Shown: positions 57,895 through 64,000 of the stretch, one piece after another
Layout: each line of letters opens with the position of its first letter
How positions within the stretch are numbered: position 1 is the stretch's first letter
Notes under the pieces: generated by a model
Databases searched by the model: none
What the model saw: the letters and a program-made list of their open reading frames with translations, nothing else
Told to the model about the DNA's origin: nothing
Program-made: the position numbers and the translations under genes
Assembly: GCF_964355755.1 (NCBI RefSeq)
Contig: NC_092674.1
Location: 16,120,001-16,184,000 of the forward strand
DNA: 64,000 nt
Source of the DNA: Antedon mediterranea
Taxonomy: Eukaryota > Animalia > Echinodermata
Direction of reading: 5' to 3'

Positions 57895-60800
57895 CAGGGC
57901 CATAATCAGGTTCGATGGTGGGGTGGATCGTTTAAATTCTTTAGTGAAACCGCAAATCGTATTTCTGGCTATTCTCTTGTATTTCTGAACTATATAATTT
58001 GTAATTCACTATTTATAGAGCGTCATATGCCATTTTTGAAGATTGTGACACCGCCAGACATCCGAATGAGAGTATTGAAATAAAAAAAGTTTATTTAAGC
58101 CTACACACAACACACTCACATACACACACCACAGTTGATACGGCAACTCTTTGCTGTTATTGTTAAAAAGAGCTTCATAACTTTATAACCTGGCACTATA
58201 TACAAATTATTGATAATATTATTATAATAATCTATAGATCTACATGATGACTGTACGTTCATTCAAAAGACTCAATCAACAGTTTACAAATTCCATTTTT
58301 TAACTTCTTTAATTTCAGTATGTTTCAAAAACAACCTTTCATCTTTCAAAAACAGAAAACCAAACCTTTCATATTCATAGGTAGACACCGTTTTTGTATT
58401 GAATGTAATGCATTGTGTTTTTATGATAATGCTGATATTTAACACAGTGGTGTTATTATTATTATTACAGACAGTAAAATATTGCTTAAAAGGTTTGACT
58501 GTCTGTCTGTTTCATGATAAAGGACCTATTTACATTTTCCTCGGGTGCTGTTCAGCAAATATCTTCACCACTTCGTCCATATCTATCCTGTGGTCATAAT
58601 GAATTGTAAAGAGTGCCAAGCTCGACAGACACTTTTGACCCATGGAGGCGGGCAGATACGTATGCAACCGACGAATGGTACTAAACTGTGTTCGCATTCG
58701 CACGAAGTCATCGTTAATGTGCATTTTTAGTAAATCGTAGATGTTTGGAAACATTGACCTGTCGCATGCCTTTAATGCCTGAGCAAGGGAGCTCGGTGTT
58801 TCGATGTTCGAAACATTTCTGAATTTATGTTTCCATCGATCGAGTTGGGTGTTCACAAGATGTGGCGTCTGTAAATCATCTTCATACATGGCCACAGCAT
58901 CAGTGACATCAATGTTTGCCGTATGTAGACTCGACCTTTTAATGTAGTCGCTGTTGTTTGTAGACTAGAAAACATGGCGTCGAGCTCCTTTATAATGTGG
59001 TCTGTAAAGGGAATCATCAGGTTTCATTTGTAGTAATCCTTAACACTCTCTGCTGGGGCATTACTACGGTGCATCTAACGTGCTATAATACACGGTTTGG
59101 AGGAAACCAACCTTCAACGCCATCTCAACACATTTCGTATATATGTCGGCCATTACGTTGTCGATATTGTTTCTGCGCTCCACGAAATATTCCTTGAATT
59201 CTTGTACCCTTGTGTGAGCTTCTAAAATGTCCAAAGACGACTTTTGAAGCTTTACGGTGATTCCAACAAGATGTGCGAGTGAATAATAAACAATAGAAAA
59301 GGTGATAAGAAACCCAAATGACGTTATCGACTCGAGAATTGATGTAACGTCTTGTTTAGACTTTTCCTCCCATTTCGCTCTGAATTCTTCATTTATAGTA
59401 TCTTGATGCAGTTCATGTGCAATTATTTAACAATAACACTTTACTAAGCAAGTACTGATGCAAATCATTAAAATGCGACTTGTCGTTCTGCCCAGCGGTT
59501 CTTGCACAGGTCCAGTAACGGCTTGTGTTTAACGTTAGGCGCAGCTTTAGAAATAATATGCGCTAAGAGCCCCTGTCTCTTCGGACTATGTTTAAAGTAC
59601 AGAGTTACAGCTTTTATTTTATCTAGCATATTGCTAACATCGGTGTTGGAACACGCATGTCCTATAACCAAATTCAGGCAATGACCACTGCAATGCATTA
59701 TTGCTTTTGGGGTGTCATCTCGAATCAGTTTCTGTACACCAATACGCTTGCTGGACATCGCTGCTGCACCATCATACCCCTGGCCATGCATGTTAATGAT
59801 ATCAATTATTGTAATTCCAAAATTATTCTGTGCTATTGTAAGTCTGATTATTGAATATGGTATACCTGCATGGTTACCTTACCAAAAAGGACATCTCTAC
59901 TCATTGGAACAAGTCCATGAACGCCGAATGACTAAAACTTGTTTCTATGGGGATGATATTTCCTATGAACGGCATCTTAATGTTTTAGGATTAAGTTCAC
60001 TTGAAAAACATTTCCAACATTTATCCATGTCATTTATTGTCAAGTGTCTTTATGGCATATATACTGTGGATATTTTAAACCATATTTCAATCAACCCTCG
60101 TCACGGTGATCATCTCATATTCATACACCCTTTTGCTGGGACAAATTCTTTAAAATACTCAATTTTCCACATATTTCCCGGTGCATGGGAGGAACTACTG
60201 GAAGAATTAAATAAGAGATTTTATTCATTTTAAATATTGGTATTAAGACTTTTATAAATAAGCTTTAAATTTATTTTAACTAAGATTTTGCTATGTATTG
60301 ATGATTTTTAATGATATTGCAATATATTTTAATTTATTTTGATATAGTATTATATGCATTTTTTATGTTTATACAAATTATATTCTAAATGTTTTTTATA
60401 CAATCAGTGCAATAGAAGACCTACTAGATAGTGATTTAGTTCGCTTTTTAGGAATCCTGTCTCTATCTGGTTTTGTGTGATGTTTTCTTGTTCTTTGTCC
60501 ACGTTTTACGAGACAAATAAATGAAATGAATTCCTAGGTCAGCTAAAATACACTTGATGTCATCTGCAATATGCTGTTTTAGAATAATGTCATCGCTTAT
60601 TACATTGATGACTTCATTTTGGATCTTTGCAGTATGTTGTGTTTTTCATAATTGGTAAATCTAGATGACATTTTAAAATCGTGTCATGATGGGCCAACAA
60701 TTTAAGGAGCGGCAGGAAGTTACCCGGGTTGCCGTCCGTATTCAAGTTTTCCTTGTCACCATGATTATACATTTCAATATGTGTCTATTTCATGTGATGT

Positions 60801-61617
60801 TCGCTTCTGGACTTTCGAAACTATGTATCAAACTCTCTGCTGCTTCCATCGCCCGGATATGGTATGCGCATTCTGCATGCGGATTCACCGTGTCCTTTTT
60901 CTTGTTCCATTCTTCCTGATCCTCATACCGTTTGAAGAATTTATCTAGAATCTATCTGACAGTTTACCGCTGCACGTTTTTGGTCGCATCTGCTCTGAGT
61001 GTCCCATGATTCGATTCCCTGTGTTTGAAAGAATTATTAAGAATTGGCATGATTATTCCAAAGCCATTTTGTCCGCGAAACCGGGTCTCTCTTTATGCTA
61101 ATACAACATTTTGTTTTCTAATTATCAAACGTCCAAGACTTGTATTACTGTAGGCCTACTGGACAATATTCAAAAAGACGTTCGATCATAAAAAAATGAT
61201 AATAAAAGAAAAGTCAATCTTACCTTACAGAGGACAATGTAATAATAAGCACAAAATCGTTTGGTTTGGTTCATAAACTAGTATCTACTGACTGACCGCG
61301 CCAAATAGACTTACACGCCGTACACGCGAGAAGATCCATCTTTCCTGCGCGTACCATAACTTTTTTTTAAAGATCCAGACGTCTTGGTGTTTGGTAGCTC
61401 AAATTTATATTTTAAGCGTAAAACTAATAAGATAATTGATATTAACAATTGGTTTTGGTTGTAAAATATATTCGTATGTCGTTTGTTAATTGAATGACGA
61501 TTTAAATTAGTTAAATTTATTAAGGCTTGACTAGGCCTGTAGTAAACAAGCAAAAAAAAGTGGGAGGCCATGCGGAACTCTCTGTTCAGCGATCCCCCAC
61601 CCCTGGTTACGGGCCTG
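57895..61617 (-). mobile_element. Decayed hAT transposon (P52rIPK/ZMYM1-like transposase)
   Basis: TIRs CAGGGCCATAATCAGG / CCTGGTTACGGGCCTG (13/16), with ATATT on both flanks. Motifs GQGYDGAAAMS, HCSGHCLNL, CKNRW, and the dimerisation region FPNI...STIRRLHTYL..SMGQ..LSSLAL..IH. Frameshifted. Confidence 0.85.
59795..60532 (+). mobile_element. CR1-like LINE 3' fragment nested in the hAT element
   Basis: IEYGIPAWLPYQ...LEQV..RMTK...SYERHL..LGLSSLE, typical of a CR1 ORF2 C-terminus. AATAAA(TGAAA)n tail. Confidence 0.65.
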
Positions 61618-62944
61618 ATATTCTTTACTTTTGTGATCTATTCAAGGCAAATGGTTTAAATTATTTTTTTTTTTTTAATCATGAATAATTATCATAATAA
61701 AATAATTAACTCAACTTGATTAGCATATTTGATTTCATTATGTAGTAAAAATCATAACCAAAAGTATGTACCGACTTTCTATACCATTGAGTACAAATTA
61801 TATTTTCTTGCGATTTACTGAAATTTTCCCTTACGTAAATGTATGTATAATTGAAGAATTTATTGTACTTGGAACAAGCAAGGTGGTACAAATCTGGAAA
61901 ATTCTGACCCCAGCGGACTGTACCATTTTTATGTAAAAAGGCTTAAAAATCTTGGTTTAAAACTTTTAAATTTTAGTTTAGAATATGCAAAGAAAATTAT
62001 TTAATAGAGGCATTTGATTTTAATTGTTTTACTAGTCTACACACCAGGCTGGACTTATGCCTTCTATAGCTAGTAGTGTAGACCATTAAAGCTGAAAGTG
62101 AAACTTATGTATACTAACTATGGGCGTAAATGCGTGTGTCACCTTTGGATAGCCTAAGCTATACTGTATCTAGGCATAAGGTTTAGAAAAGCTACAGACT
62201 AGGGACTTACGCATTATGATGGTAGATGAAAGAATACAGTCATTTACGCATGCGTAGCACAGTATACTCGACTCGGTTCCTTTATTTACAGGATTTAATT
62301 GTATATGCTCAATTTTACGTTTGGTATTCTAGGCAGAGCAAAGTTTATGACATAATTTTGAAACTTTTCAACAATAAAAAATAAGCGATGAATAATTCAT
62401 GTTTATTTAAGTTTTCATTCTTAAGCACTGTCTACACTATCAAAGTTTGTGACAAAAAAATGTGATGTGTCACATAAAGTTTGATAGTGTAGACAGAGCT
62501 TTAGTTGTTGTTGAAACAAACGGTGCTGAAACAATGTATTTAAATCAAAAGTGAAAGTTTTAATCTTTTTTACGCTCCTTTTCCCGATTTTTTTTCCTTT
62601 ATGGTAGGATAATTTTTTTTTTTCCAGATTTATAGGGGGGGGGGGGGCGTGCGTGCATCCCAATGCATAAAGTTCTTACTGATGATTAGGAGATGACCTT
62701 TTGTTTGGATTTGACAATCAGTTATGAAATTCCATTCCTTTTAATTCTTTAGATGAAATGAATGGTTGCCAATATGCACTTTGGCTTTTTTTTACCAATA
62801 ATAGCATGCATGATTTATTTTGAATACTATGTGGCATGGAGAAGCATTTTTCCCCTACAGTGAATGCTAGATCCAGCATTCAGTCGAAGCTGATAAACCA
62901 CAATGGATGTCGTGAATTTTGTTCAAAATTGAGAAATTTGTGTA

Positions 62945-63425
62945 AAAAATGGAGAAATATTTTGTCCAGAATAAGGACAAAATCGAAAAAATAGGGAAGT
63001 TGTCCAACATAGAAAAATCCGATTTGTCCAAAATGGGGAAATTCCTGTCCAGAATGGGGAAGTGCTGTGTCCAAAATAAGAAAGCTGTCTAATATAGAGA
63101 AATCCGATTTGTCCAGAATGGGAAAATTTCTGTCCAGAATAGAGAAGTGATGTGTCCAAAATAGAGAAATTGTCCAATATAAAGGGAAATCCGATTCGTC
63201 CAAAATGGGGAAGTGATGTGTCCACAACAGAGAAATTCAGATTTATCCAAAATGGGGAAATTTCTGTCCAGAATAGAGAAGTGCTGTGTCCAAAATAGAG
63301 AAGCTGTCCAATATATTGGGAAATCCGATTTGTCCAAAATTGAGAAATTTTGTCCAGAATAGAGAAATGATGTGTCCAAAATAGAGAAATTCAGATTTGT
63401 CCAAAATGGGAACATTTTCTCTAGA
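62945..63425. repeat. Compound minisatellite (~20-bp TGTCCA(A/G)AAT subunits in ~80-bp units)
   Basis: Recurrent TGTCCAAAAT/TGTCCAGAAT roughly every 18-23 bp. Confidence 0.85.
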
Positions 63426-64000
63426 ATTAGTAGGGGTGTGAAAGATACGGAGGCTCTACCCACCTCGTAAATGTCCCGTGTTTCATGAACTTTCTTATCG
63501 AACTTGAGAAATAAAGTCTCTCATAGACCTGACCTAAACTGATTTACGCATCCAATCTTTCCATTTATTTAGGACCAAAATGTGTAGAATTATGAGAGAC
63601 GGTATCATCCATGTAAAAATCTTCAATTGGGTTTCCTGGACGAGCCTCCAATTTGTAACCCCGGTTCGAAAAGATAATAAAACTAGGATTCCAAATATTT
63701 ATATATTTATTCCGGAGTTTATTCCAATTGAAGTAGTGTTTATTCTGAAACTAAAAGAGAAAATACATACATGTATATAAGATAACTAACATACAAACAA
63801 TACAAAACAATGTGATATGGTATACTCGTGATCTCAAATTAATCCAAAATTGTCTTCATAATCAATAATATCGTAACAAAACATAAATGCTATAGCAATG
63901 GTAATTAAGTGAAAATTCAATATAAAACACGCTAATGCTTCATCACTTTATACATTTATTTACTAAGCCAAACATATTCCTTGGAGTATCTTTAACAATG

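Noticed and set aside
61620-64000. Next TMCO3 exon and the ORFs at 62880-63463
   Set aside because: I found no exon with the expected SMELGCF-like sequence. The ORFs are translations of a minisatellite.

Overview
This is AT-rich animal (invertebrate) nuclear DNA, not prokaryotic. It has GT-AG introns, LINEs, SINEs and DNA transposons. A Nin/Deu-type SINE and a beta-carbonic anhydrase point to a non-vertebrate, and an echinoderm-like deuterostome is my inference. There are two host genes, arranged head-to-head: a complete 4-coding-exon beta-carbonic anhydrase (minus, 27948-31437) and a TMCO3-like CPA2 cation/H+ antiporter (plus, from 37955, running off the right edge). The first 27 kb is a nest of mobile elements. 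A decayed L2 LINE is split by an apparently intact two-gene Harbinger transposon plus an adjacent Harbinger MITE (TAA TSDs) and by further LINE/SINE insertions. A second LINE is interrupted by a Tx1/L1 element and by an unexplained ~4-kb gene-bearing cassette. The TMCO3 introns hold a hAT fossil, Helitron-like repeats and Penelope-type hammerhead ribozymes. The most notable item is a decayed two-gene P-superfamily element in a TMCO3 intron. Its transposase starts with a RAG1-N-terminus-like Cys/His domain instead of THAP. Its convergent partner gene joins an ING-type PHD finger to the P-transposase C-terminal-like domain. All family assignments come from motif recognition by eye; no searches were run.
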